52,290 nucleotides of DNA. Origin: a virus (taxonomy: Duplodnaviria; Caudoviricetes). The translations under genes and the position numbers were made by a program. Shown here in pieces: positions 26,211 through 35,614 of this stretch. Location: positions 1 through 52,290 of IMG/VR virus record IMGVR_UViG_3300037628_000403; one strand, 5' to 3'. Numbering within the stretch: the first letter of the stretch is position 1; every line of letters starts with the position of its first letter. The notes below the pieces were generated by a model, which was given only the letters and a program-made list of their open reading frames with translations, had not been told where the DNA came from and searched no databases.

Positions 26211-28067
26211 CTATGCCGTTCTGTTGGCTAGGCTTTGGCCTGATGAAGTTACACCAGCAAAGTTCGCCATTTGATTTCCTTCTTTCATTAGCATTACCAT
26301 TTGTTCCAATAATAGATTGGTAGGAATGAACGCGTCATCTAGCGTTTGATCCTTCCCAATTCCAATCTCTTTCCTACCGGCAACGACACCGGACAAAGGC
26401 TCGATAGCATCAATCTCGACCGATGCCAAATTGTTCCTGACGGACGATTCAGTATCCCTCATCAAAGCCGAGGCAATTGACGCGGCAGCACCAAGAGTAG
26501 CACCAAGCGCATCACCCATCCCGTCAAACATACCGTCAAACATTCCGATTACATTATCAAAAACATCGGTCAACGCATCTTCCATGCTACCGGAAAACGC
26601 GCTGGCAAACACATCCAGGCCAGAACTAAAGTCACCCTTCAGGGCTTCAGACATTCCAGCGGCCATCCCCATTCCAAGGCTGCTCTTGAAGTCTTCCAAC
26701 TCTTGCTCTTCTGGTGTGAGCTTTACTTTGACCGGCACTTCCAATTTCTTAGATGGCTCCAGCTTGGGGTCTGGAGCTGAAGGAACAAAAACGCCGGTGC
26801 CCTTGCGGGTGCCGATATCATTGACCGTCTTCTCCATGTTCTGTAGCTCGTTCACCCACTCTCTCGCAGTCTCGCCAATGCCCCTAATTTGATTTGATAA
26901 TTCATGAGGATCGGAAACATCTTCACGCGCTGTAAACAAATCAACAACCGAGTCAGACAAGGCAATGAGGGCCTTGCCAGTTTCTTCAGCCGACTCGACC
27001 AATTTCGCATTAGCCACCTGAGATCTCAGAACACTCTCGGCCAATTCTTCGTCACTTATCAGGTGAAACTTATTTCTAATCCCGTCAATTCCTGCGACCG
27101 CTGCCTTGATAGAAGCAACTACTGCGAGCACCCCGGTCTTCAATCCTGCGAACATTCCGTTGACTATATTCCAAACCACCGTGGCCGCTTCTGATATCTC
27201 GTCCATGCCTAGCCCAACAGATTCAAACTGGCGGACCAGATCGGCAAGGACACCCATCAAAAGGTCAACCCCGTCAACAATGGCTAGGATGCCTTCCTTC
27301 ACGAAATCTTGAGACGCGTCACGATTCTCTGAAACGGCGGAAGTCCAATTCTCGATGATTGGAAGCAAGACCCCACCGATCAAGTTGCCCATCCCGTCAC
27401 TCTTTGTAATTACAAATCCAACTTCCTCTTGAAGATCGCCAAATGCATTCCCAAGCTGAGTCATCTTGCCTTTGTAGGTATCAGCTTTTGCTGCCGCCGA
27501 TCCAGCAAACCTCTTATTCAGATTGAAGATTGCCGAATCAAAACGCTCAGTTGATCCAACTGCGCCGGTGACTTCAATACCATATCGTGACATGGCATTC
27601 ATCGAAGTACCGATTGATCTAGAAACCATGTCAGCAGCGGCAGTCAGGTTCATACCCTTCGCAGCCGCCAAATCCAAAACGGCAGCGGTGACTTGCTTGA
27701 TCTGCTCCTCGTCTTTTATGAACATCGCAATACGGGCCTGTGCTTCGAGGATCGCCTCATCACCGAACGTCGTGTTCTTCTGAAGTTGGCTAGCGTAGAG
27801 ACCCAACTTTGCAACCAGGCTATCAGTCTCGTCACCCAGGTCATTCAAGGCAACGGTCAATGAAACAACTGCCTCCTCTTGGATGTTTGCTAACTCGATT
27901 GACTTCTTCAAGAAGACACCGATGGCAACTGCGGCCATGGCGGCAACTAACTTACCAACCATTGCCGCTGACGAGCTTGCCGATTTGCCAACCTTGTCAA
28001 TATCTCTTGCTGACTTGTCCGCACCGTCAGTCCTTACTTTGATATTGATGGTTTCGTTAACTGCCAC
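26211..28067 (-). CDS. Tail tape measure protein
   Basis: 618 aa, helical and Ala/Gly-rich; LQKNTTFGDE and QLGNAFGDLQEEVG motifs. Confidence 0.85.
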   Translation of the reverse strand: MAVNETINIKVRTDGADKSARDIDKVGKSASSSAAMVGKLVAAMAAVAIGVFLKKSIELANIQEEAVVSLTVALNDLGDETDSLVAKLGLYASQLQKNTTFGDEAILEAQARIAMFIKDEEQIKQVTAAVLDLAAAKGMNLTAAADMVSRSIGTSMNAMSRYGIEVTGAVGSTERFDSAIFNLNKRFAGSAAAKADTYKGKMTQLGNAFGDLQEEVGFVITKSDGMGNLIGGVLLPIIENWTSAVSENRDASQDFVKEGILAIVDGVDLLMGVLADLVRQFESVGLGMDEISEAATVVWNIVNGMFAGLKTGVLAVVASIKAAVAGIDGIRNKFHLISDEELAESVLRSQVANAKLVESAEETGKALIALSDSVVDLFTAREDVSDPHELSNQIRGIGETAREWVNELQNMEKTVNDIGTRKGTGVFVPSAPDPKLEPSKKLEVPVKVKLTPEEQELEDFKSSLGMGMAAGMSEALKGDFSSGLDVFASAFSGSMEDALTDVFDNVIGMFDGMFDGMGDALGATLGAAASIASALMRDTESSVRNNLASVEIDAIEPLSGVVAGRKEIGIGKDQTLDDAFIPTNLLLEQMVMLMKEGNQMANFAGVTSSGQSLANRTA

Positions 28068-28519
28068 TATGGTACCCCACTAAATCGGCGATCTTTAATT
28101 GAGTTTATGAAACCCTTTCTATCCAACTCGTCAAGCACAACTTTCGCAGCTTGAGCAAAAGTCTTTCCAATGAAGCCTGGGTCTGCTTGAGGTGACGTTC
28201 CTTCATCTAGGTAGATGACATACTTCACCGAGTTATGAATGTAGATGGTATCATCACCCTTTGCCGCTTTGATAACTTGGTTTCCCATTGCGATTGTAGA
28301 AGCTGCTGAACGAATTCCGACAACGCGACCACGCGCTGTATTGATAGAAACCAACCAGCCAGACCTAGCAAATCCGGTTAACACCGGAGTGGCATGAACT
28401 ACACCCTTCACAGACAAATAGGCAATTTTTCGCGTCACTAGAACGCTGCCCCTTTTGACTACGATGGCGTGCTTTTTCATGACCTTTGCAAATTGGCCTA
28501 TGCTTTGTTTACGTGGCAT
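28067..28519 (-). CDS. HK97 gp10-like tail completion protein
   Basis: TPVLTGFARSGW...IHNSVKYVIYLDEGTSPQA. Confidence 0.8.
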   Translation of the reverse strand: MPRKQSIGQFAKVMKKHAIVVKRGSVLVTRKIAYLSVKGVVHATPVLTGFARSGWLVSINTARGRVVGIRSAASTIAMGNQVIKAAKGDDTIYIHNSVKYVIYLDEGTSPQADPGFIGKTFAQAAKVVLDELDRKGFINSIKDRRFSGVP

Positions 28520-28841
28520 CGGATTCCTCAAAATTCTTTATTGACTCTGCCATCGGTACTACATAATTTGAAAACAGTTCCTCATTTCCCCTGATCCAAA
28601 GTTCTGGGTCTACATCCTCACCCTTCACCGTAACTTTCTTGATGATTGACTTGGCATAAATCTTCGTCATTACCTCAAGAGCAGTCGGTGGAGTAATCGC
28701 ACCGGCAATTGCCGCAAGCTTATACGGTGCTGAAAATTCCTCAATGGCGTTTGCATAATCCTCGTTTGTTTTTGGATCTGCAAAAACGATGTTTACAATC
28801 GTTTCCTCGATTTCAAATTCGATGTTCAAAAATTTAGCCAT
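28509..28841 (-). CDS. Hypothetical, second tail-assembly-chaperone-like protein
   Basis: 110 aa, acidic, lies between the TAC locus and the tape measure gene. Confidence 0.5.
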   Translation of the reverse strand: MAKFLNIEFEIEETIVNIVFADPKTNEDYANAIEEFSAPYKLAAIAGAITPPTALEVMTKIYAKSIIKKVTVKGEDVDPELWIRGNEELFSNYVVPMAESIKNFEESDAT

Positions 28842-29213
28842 TCTTCATCCCTACCAGTCCCTTGAGCATCTTTTGGATATCGTTCTTCATCCCACCCTCG
28901 GCACCGCTTGCTTTCAATTTCTTACCAAACGACTCAAGTGCTTTTTTGTTCCCGGTGAATCCATAATTAGATCCTACGGCAACAGCAGTAGCAAACAAAA
29001 ATGCTTCATCCGCTTCAACTTCCTTAGCAACCTTGGTTAACAAAATCACCTGGGTTGCAGTATACGCACTTGCTATTTCATCTACAGCTCCAGCACCGCG
29101 ACTGGCCAAAAACAAAATTGCTTTCAGGACTTCTTTGTCAACGTCTTCTCTCGTAGCGACTCGATCACTGCCCCGGCGATTGCTTCTGGTGTTATGCCCG
29201 CCAGGGCCATGGC
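28834..29213 (-). CDS. Frameshifted C-terminal extension (gpT-like) of the tail assembly chaperone
   Basis: -1 frame is open from the slippery site at 29214-29220 to the stop at 28834 (SHGPGG...VLKAILFLASRG...). Confidence 0.75.
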
Positions 29214-29558
29214 TTTTCCCAAGACTCCACCGACCTCGTCACCGTCAACGCGGTAGACGCAAACTTGGAAAACCTCTTGCGCTAATACCAACAAATCTTC
29301 GACTGGCCGATCATCAATCCAACTTCGCGGCTTGCCTAGTGTAAGGCATACGATGTTCGCCATGTCAGTGACGCTACCGTTCAAAAAATCCTTCAGCGAA
29401 AACGACTCGCTGCCTCGCTTGTCCAATAAGCCTAGTATATCAGGCATAATCTCAGACTGCTGCTTCACAGTCCAAGGCTTTATATGGACCAACTCTCCAT
29501 CGGCAAGTTTGACTTCCTTGCCGACGGAGAACAATTGTTCCAGATTGGTTTTTCCCAT
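29124..29558 (-). CDS. Tail assembly chaperone (gpG-like)
   Basis: Follows the major tail gene; contains an in-frame G GGA AAA heptamer. Confidence 0.8.
   Translation of the reverse strand: MGKTNLEQLFSVGKEVKLADGELVHIKPWTVKQQSEIMPDILGLLDKRGSESFSLKDFLNGSVTDMANIVCLTLGKPRSWIDDRPVEDLLVLAQEVFQVCVYRVDGDEVGGVLGKAMALAGITPEAIAGAVIESLREKTLTKKS
29214..29220 (-). promoter_or_regulatory. -1 programmed ribosomal frameshift site GGGAAAA
   Basis: TTG GGA AAA fits X XXY YYZ (lambda G/T uses GGGAAAG). Confidence 0.8.
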
Positions 29559-29571
29559 TGACTTCTATTCC

Positions 29572-30639
29572 TTATGATGCGTCTGGATAGGTTTCCCAAG
29601 TACCAAACGGTGCCGCAGATCCATCGCTCAGGATGTTCATCTTCAGCATCCCAACCGCGAACTGATCGGCGGCCCATTCAAAATCATCATCGGTGATGAT
29701 GATCGAAACACTCGGCACTTCCCACTCGAAGTTGATACCAAGTTTGGTTGCCTGACGAATGATCGCGCTGCCGACAAACGAGTTCTGAGTGAACGGGCTC
29801 ATCGTGTGGCTGGCAGCCTGAGCGTAGGTGTAACTCAACGCCAGCAATTGGCCACCGACAACCAGGTCAGTATCCAAGAACCGAACATTGCCGTTCAGCA
29901 AGTCCATCGTGTAGTCGGTATTCAGCGTGAAGTCACCGATAGCAAAACTCGGTGTATACGTCGCGACAATCGCGCCGGTTACATTCGCGGCAATACCACC
30001 CTCGAAGAATTGAAGATCGCCGTTGGTAGCTCCAACGGTAATAACCACCGCAACTTCATTGCCTGCGGCAGCAGCACCAACCGCAATTGCGGTATAGGCA
30101 ACACCCGCAACCGTCACCGAAGTAACATCAGCAACCGCTTTGACCGGTGTGGTCAATGAGAAGTCGCCAGAAGTGTCACCGCTAGTTCCATCACCGGTCC
30201 CAACTGCCTCGGCAGTGACTTCCTGTGGCGTAATCGCGGTCAGCGGCTCGGCCACATGCGTCTTCTTGAGCGCGCCGAATTCGGTGATGTCCGTCGGCAC
30301 CGTGAATGCTTCGTCAGCGACTACAACTGCGGGGTTTACCGCTTGTGCATCCAACGTCGCAGACCCCAAGAACATTCGCAGGTTCTCAGGCTCGAAATTG
30401 AAGATGCCGATTGCGAGCGAGAGTTCCAACTTGGAAACATCTTCGCGCTCGGTCACTTCAAAACCGCTTTGGCGATTTGGGAGTGTGATTGTTTCCAACA
30501 CCTTTTGGAGCGCGTTGGAATCGACAATCCCCAACCAGCGAGGAGTTCCACCTTCAGGGGTGAACTGAATGAACGGCATACCGATCATCAAGTTCTCTTT
30601 GGTAATGTTATCTACTGGACTCGGTAACGTAGCACTCAT
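29572..30639 (-). CDS. Major tail (tube) protein
   Basis: 355 aa after the tail terminator; NLMIG...WLG...FEPENLRMFLG. Confidence 0.8.
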   Translation of the reverse strand: MSATLPSPVDNITKENLMIGMPFIQFTPEGGTPRWLGIVDSNALQKVLETITLPNRQSGFEVTEREDVSKLELSLAIGIFNFEPENLRMFLGSATLDAQAVNPAVVVADEAFTVPTDITEFGALKKTHVAEPLTAITPQEVTAEAVGTGDGTSGDTSGDFSLTTPVKAVADVTSVTVAGVAYTAIAVGAAAAGNEVAVVITVGATNGDLQFFEGGIAANVTGAIVATYTPSFAIGDFTLNTDYTMDLLNGNVRFLDTDLVVGGQLLALSYTYAQAASHTMSPFTQNSFVGSAIIRQATKLGINFEWEVPSVSIIITDDDFEWAADQFAVGMLKMNILSDGSAAPFGTWETYPDAS

Positions 30640-30650
30640 TTTTATTTCTC

Positions 30651-31070
30651 CTAATCAGTGGCTATATAATCATAGCCGGACTTCATTAAAACTGCAAAAG
30701 TTTGGACAGATAACCAACGACCACCATTGGATCCGCCATCACGACCAGCTGGAATGGCTGGACCAGTTGCCGTATAGCTAGCAACTGGAACCCCTTGAAC
30801 GTCTCCTGAATTATCACCTTCTTCTAGATCCAAATACTTCCAAATATCTCTGGATGTTTGGAGACAAGTTTCAAAATCGGGATCGCGTACCATTATAGAT
30901 ACCAATACCGATTCTGATATTCTTTGTTGCTCGCCGCCACCAACCATGGCTACGCTGATGGCGTGATCTGGCTCGGGCTCCAGTTCGGGAACAAAGATAT
31001 CAACATTCATCGTACCAAATCCATTTGCAGCTAGGTCTTTGGCAGTTGCGAAAGTTACATCAGCCCCCAT
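30651..31070 (-). CDS. Tail terminator (minor capsid-3-like)
   Basis: IFVPELEPEPD, IMVR, GRD..GR; synteny. Confidence 0.65.
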   Translation of the reverse strand: MGADVTFATAKDLAANGFGTMNVDIFVPELEPEPDHAISVAMVGGGEQQRISESVLVSIMVRDPDFETCLQTSRDIWKYLDLEEGDNSGDVQGVPVASYTATGPAIPAGRDGGSNGGRWLSVQTFAVLMKSGYDYIATD

Positions 31071-31434
31071 AATTCATCCCCTCAAGTGTCAGCGCTAGAT
31101 GAGAGATCCTTCTCAACTTAATGTGGATTGCGCCTGTCACTTCTATATCAGTATATTCCACACCTTGGCCGTCTACGATTGTTAATAAATCGCCAGTTTT
31201 AACCAATAGTTCCTTTCCACTTGGTAGTAGATGATCAATCAAAATCCTAGTTACCCGATCCACATCCGTACCAGACTCGCCACCGCGTGTTCTGACTCTA
31301 TCAGATATCAGAATGGCATCCACCGGGTTGTCGATCAGATCAATTTCTTTGACCGATTTTCCACCCAACCCTTTTTCAACCACGCGTCGGATGCGTTTCA
31401 CACTGGCATTTATCAGCTTAGTAGGTATCCCCAT
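31060..31434 (-). CDS. Head closure / stopper protein
   Basis: Size, synteny, VKTGDLLTI. Confidence 0.55.
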   Translation of the reverse strand: MGIPTKLINASVKRIRRVVEKGLGGKSVKEIDLIDNPVDAILISDRVRTRGGESGTDVDRVTRILIDHLLPSGKELLVKTGDLLTIVDGQGVEYTDIEVTGAIHIKLRRISHLALTLEGMNYGG

Positions 31435-31952
31435 TATCTCACCAAATATGTCGCGTTGTTTTCAAGGATCGGTTTAAGCAATGACTCGATGAGTGGAAAT
31501 TCCTTTTGGTCAGGATTCAAACCGTTCCCAGAATACGATTCAGAAACGGTTATGCCGCCGCCACTCTCACTCACGGAAACGCCGCTGATTGAGCCTGCTA
31601 CCTTGACCCCATCAAGTTCATTGGTCAAAGCGTAGCGCGCCAATTCGGCAGTGGCCTTCTGCAATTCAACGGGCAAGATGGTTGACAAATAGTAATTCCC
31701 AAATCTATCAACAACATTATCACGCGGGAATAACAGTGCCTGTGTAGTAGTGGCTAGCTCGCCTTGGAAATCCCGACAGAACCTCATGTTGATATCATCG
31801 GTCGCACGAACAATCGCAGACTTCAACAAATTGGCATCCATGTCTTGGATTTCACTGCGGCCACGATCAAAAAAGTAAGCCTTCATGTACGCAATGCTAA
31901 TGAAAGCGTTCGCACTAGCAAGCCCTGATCCATCTTCAACTACGAAAGACAT
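31434..31952 (-). CDS. Head-tail adaptor (DnaT-like-annotated family)
   Basis: VVEDGSGLASANAFIS...QALLFPR...LQKATAELA. Confidence 0.8.
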   Translation of the reverse strand: MSFVVEDGSGLASANAFISIAYMKAYFFDRGRSEIQDMDANLLKSAIVRATDDINMRFCRDFQGELATTTQALLFPRDNVVDRFGNYYLSTILPVELQKATAELARYALTNELDGVKVAGSISGVSVSESGGGITVSESYSGNGLNPDQKEFPLIESLLKPILENNATYLVR

Positions 31953-31961
31953 TGCTCTCTC

Positions 31962-32348
31962 CTATGGCCCAGGCGTGATGATGTCACGCTTCAAGGCAAT
32001 TGACCCGTAAAGTATTGTGGTAGGCTTACCACCTAAAATCATTTGAAGCTCGTGGTAGTATCCAAGTGGAGCCACGCGGGTTGTTGTATCCCCGGAGCCA
32101 ATGTCAACTCTACCCTGGCCCGTCAGCGCATCAACGATCACGATGCCACTTCCGATTTCCTTTGTTACCAGCGCGGCGTCGGTTGTTGGTTGCGGCTCAA
32201 CCGAATCAGTATCAAGCAAGGCAAGCGCCCAGATGAACGTCGCAGTCGTGATATCAATTGGGTCGAAATTCTCATCCACCACGGTGAACGGGATCTCGCG
32301 TGCGTCCCCACGGTGCATATCGAAATTTAATTGCTTAGGCAAACTCAT
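31962..32348 (-). CDS. BppU N-terminal-like virion protein
   Basis: RGD...PIDIT...YYHELQM. Confidence 0.6.
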   Translation of the reverse strand: MSLPKQLNFDMHRGDAREIPFTVVDENFDPIDITTATFIWALALLDTDSVEPQPTTDAALVTKEIGSGIVIVDALTGQGRVDIGSGDTTTRVAPLGYYHELQMILGGKPTTILYGSIALKRDIITPGP

Positions 32349-32674
32349 TCGTTCCGTCCTTCACCAGTGAAAATTTCATCAGCGTCGTTTGAAGTAATGC
32401 GTACTACATCCTTGGCGTCTTCGACCAGGTTCTGGTGCAAACTCCCGGCATCCTGATTGATGTTTCTGGATATTTCACCAGCGTTCTCAACTAAATGCCG
32501 AGCTGTTTCATCAGCTTGTTCAACTAGATTCCGTTCAAGTTGACCGGCATCTTCTACCCTGATGTAGTACGCAAAATCAGTATTCATCCCCGGAGAAAGA
32601 ATGGACATCGGCATCGGCAGGATTGTTAATCCGCGAGACAAACCTAGTCCAATTCCAGGTGTTCTAATCAGCAT
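32345..32674 (-). CDS. Hypothetical protein with 11-residue repeats
   Basis: Repeated (R/Q)NLVEDAG-like units. Confidence 0.6.
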   Translation of the reverse strand: MLIRTPGIGLGLSRGLTILPMPMSILSPGMNTDFAYYIRVEDAGQLERNLVEQADETARHLVENAGEISRNINQDAGSLHQNLVEDAKDVVRITSNDADEIFTGEGRNE

Positions 32675-34506
32675 TATATTTTCGTCACCCTCGCAATCGT
32701 GTCCTTGCTAGCAATGAAATCAAGCACCGTCTTTGATGCTGGTATTCTAGCAAATGCGTGGTCATACAAATTCGCACGTGATATCTCGGTACCATTTCGG
32801 TCATAGACTACAAGCTGCCAACCAAGCAAATCGTTCCCACTGAAATCAATGGAGCTTCGCAGGGTGTTACCGAACAGTAGCAACTCGCCAGTCTCGCCAG
32901 CCGCCGCAAGCTGGACTTCGCTGATTCCCCAGATGGCAGCCGTTATCTGATTGACTTCATATCTAGCATCGTCGCTGAGAGTCATCGCACCACCGGCGTT
33001 ATCAGTGACGGTAAAGTGACCGCGTATTGCGATGACTCCACCGGTGCAACTGGCGGCAATGATTATCTGGCCATGGCCTTCCAAGCTCATGGCATCATCC
33101 CCAGCCGTACCCATATTCCTGACTTCAACCCCACCAGAATAATGCCGTAGATTCAATTGCGTATCGGCAGCAGCACCGAAGTCAATAACAGGCGATCCAG
33201 TTCCAGCCACGGCACTAAGACAATTGTCAAATACATACGGCCCAGCACTCAAAAGCGTTAACACATCCGTTAGTCCGCAAGTATTAAACACGCACCTAGT
33301 CAGACTCAAAGCGAGAAGTCTACAGGCCCGGAATCTAGCATCCAGCCCAGCACCCGTTCCATGAACCGTAGCACCTTCAACAAACGCATTGGCGATGGAT
33401 TGGCCGTTCAAATCCAAATCATATTCGATGCCGATGATATGGAAGTTATCGCTGTTGCCTGTCAGGATGAGGCTGCTACCACCGGCAACTCTGAAGCGTT
33501 TGATTTTCAGCGCCGCAGATAGTGATAAAGCATTAGCCCAGGTCTTCACTGGGTTATCAGCAACTCCGTTGATAAATACCGTTGACCCGTCAACGCCATC
33601 AATCGTATCAATCCAAATAGCACCGTCGGCATATCCAACCGACCGATTGACGATAGCGTACCCAAGGATGATTTGGTCTGTGTAGAAATTCGCATTAGTC
33701 AAACCCGCAGCTGTGTAGAATCGGACTCGCACCTTGCCGAGATCCCCGCCAGTCCCTATGTGTTGCGCGAACATATTGTAGGTACTCAATTCATCAGATG
33801 GAGAATTCTTCCCCTCCAGCGTCCCAATTTGTTCCCACTGAGTATCACCCCAGTTGTAAGCTAACACGTCAAGGTCATCACCAGATCCTGATACTCGACC
33901 ATCGAATGAGACAGTCGATGGAACGCCATCGGAAGGAATCAAAAACTCGTAATACATATCAATCTGACCACCGACATCAGCAATCTGCCAGTATATATCA
34001 TCTAGTAACTGCGAATCGAGATACGTTCCAGAGACAACGTTGCCGATAGTGACTACGCTGTCAGAGTTGGCGACTGTATTCAACGCGGCACCGGTAACCA
34101 CCGATTGCTGCCACGATCCAGCGCCGTGATCGGCGGTCAAATTTGTTTCAGTGTCGTCGATGAAAATCATATCCATCGTGGTACTAGCTACCAACGCTGG
34201 CGCGGTCACTTCGTACACAACGATCAAGTGTTTCGTGTTGGCGGAAAGATTTGTAATAGCAGTCAAGTCCAAACCTGGGTTTGCCGTATAGAGTCCATCC
34301 TGTATTGTTGACTCTGTCAGGGCAGATTGTAGAGTCGTCCAGCCAGCCGCCTTGAAAGTCATATCGTTGAAATCAAGCCAAGAATCTTCAACGTCACCGT
34401 CACGCACCGAGTACACGGCTGTAGCACCGGTCACAGGACCACTTTTGGAAAGGGTCAGGGTGATTGGGACTTCAGTCTCAGTTCTGATTGTATGAATCGT
34501 ACTCAT
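32674..34506 (-). CDS. Large putative virion accessory protein
   Basis: 610 aa, Gly/Thr/Asp-rich; NGVADNPVKTWANAL resembles a beta-helix start. Confidence 0.6.
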   Translation of the reverse strand: MSTIHTIRTETEVPITLTLSKSGPVTGATAVYSVRDGDVEDSWLDFNDMTFKAAGWTTLQSALTESTIQDGLYTANPGLDLTAITNLSANTKHLIVVYEVTAPALVASTTMDMIFIDDTETNLTADHGAGSWQQSVVTGAALNTVANSDSVVTIGNVVSGTYLDSQLLDDIYWQIADVGGQIDMYYEFLIPSDGVPSTVSFDGRVSGSGDDLDVLAYNWGDTQWEQIGTLEGKNSPSDELSTYNMFAQHIGTGGDLGKVRVRFYTAAGLTNANFYTDQIILGYAIVNRSVGYADGAIWIDTIDGVDGSTVFINGVADNPVKTWANALSLSAALKIKRFRVAGGSSLILTGNSDNFHIIGIEYDLDLNGQSIANAFVEGATVHGTGAGLDARFRACRLLALSLTRCVFNTCGLTDVLTLLSAGPYVFDNCLSAVAGTGSPVIDFGAAADTQLNLRHYSGGVEVRNMGTAGDDAMSLEGHGQIIIAASCTGGVIAIRGHFTVTDNAGGAMTLSDDARYEVNQITAAIWGISEVQLAAAGETGELLLFGNTLRSSIDFSGNDLLGWQLVVYDRNGTEISRANLYDHAFARIPASKTVLDFIASKDTIARVTKI

Positions 34507-34511
34507 TGGCT

Positions 34512-35294
34512 TTATCCTTGGAAGCGCATTTCTCTGTTGAAATATGGGTACTGGGCCATGATGTGTTTGACGACGTCATCTGGTAATTTGCGCTTTGGTC
34601 TAACTTCCACCTTTCCAGTGGCATCGTCGTGCGGGAACTTGTTGTGATACAAGGGATCAATATCAGTCGCAGTTGACTGCACATTATCAAAATCGTAAGT
34701 GAATGTAGCAAGCTTGGCACCAAGCCCAATGTGTTGGAGCGTCTTGTCCGGATGCTTACACAGATTATCATAATCAACAAACAAGACGTTCTCTGCAGCT
34801 CTACGCTTCAAATCTTCAACAGCCAGAATCGACGCTCCGATGATCCCCTTGTTGCTGATCATGGTTGAAGCGCGTTCAGCCATCGTTCCAGGCATTGGTT
34901 GAAGCTCTGCCGTTTCTTCATCCCTGGCCTCAATGCTGGCAAATACATCAGCGGGGTTGCGATACACGCATACAATCAAACTTTCTGGATACAACCTGCG
35001 TAATAGCGCTGCCTGTGTAGACCATCCGCGCCCTTTATCAAAGACGCATCCTTTGTTCTGATTTTTATACCAGCCTTCAATCGTGCCGCGTTCTGCATCG
35101 ATGATCCTGTTGTTATTGCCGTTGATCACTTCGCTTGTTATTTCTGGCTGAGTTGCCATGCCTTGGGCCAGCGCGGACACCATTTCGCAAACCGGGCTGG
35201 TGCTGGATGCGTGAACGTCTGGATGCTGATTGAGTATATTACAGAGGAGCGTGCTGCCCGATCTTGGCATTCCTGTTACAACATTAAGTTTCAT
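34512..35294 (-). CDS. Sulfotransferase-family protein (structural module)
   Basis: GMPRSGSTLLCNILNQHP, DKGRGW, RNPADVFAS, VDYDNL...P. Confidence 0.9.
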   Translation of the reverse strand: MKLNVVTGMPRSGSTLLCNILNQHPDVHASSTSPVCEMVSALAQGMATQPEITSEVINGNNNRIIDAERGTIEGWYKNQNKGCVFDKGRGWSTQAALLRRLYPESLIVCVYRNPADVFASIEARDEETAELQPMPGTMAERASTMISNKGIIGASILAVEDLKRRAAENVLFVDYDNLCKHPDKTLQHIGLGAKLATFTYDFDNVQSTATDIDPLYHNKFPHDDATGKVEVRPKRKLPDDVVKHIMAQYPYFNREMRFQG

Positions 35295-35606
35295 TTAAAT
35301 CCCCATTGCGTCTTCTAGTTCTTGGATAACATCTTTTTTATCATTCACCAATAGCAGCTGTTCTTCTTGAGTTGCCAGCATCGAAGCCTGCTGCTCGGCT
35401 TGCTGGTCACTGATCAATGTCAAAGTGCTTTCACGTTCACGATACTCAAGTGCTGCTACAATCAAAGCACGACGCGCGAAATCGGCAGCACTCTCGCCAC
35501 CCAGCTTCTTTGCCTGATAAAACGGCGTCAAGTATGCCATTTCATCAGCTGAAAAATCAATCATAGTTGAATATGCCGCTGTTGGTAGCAGTCTAAAATG
35601 TCCCAT
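35295..35606 (-). CDS. Hypothetical protein
   Basis: AAGGAG RBS; 103 aa. Confidence 0.7.
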   Translation of the reverse strand: MGHFRLLPTAAYSTMIDFSADEMAYLTPFYQAKKLGGESAADFARRALIVAALEYRERESTLTLISDQQAEQQASMLATQEEQLLLVNDKKDVIQELEDAMGI

Positions 35607-35614
35607 TGTGCTCC

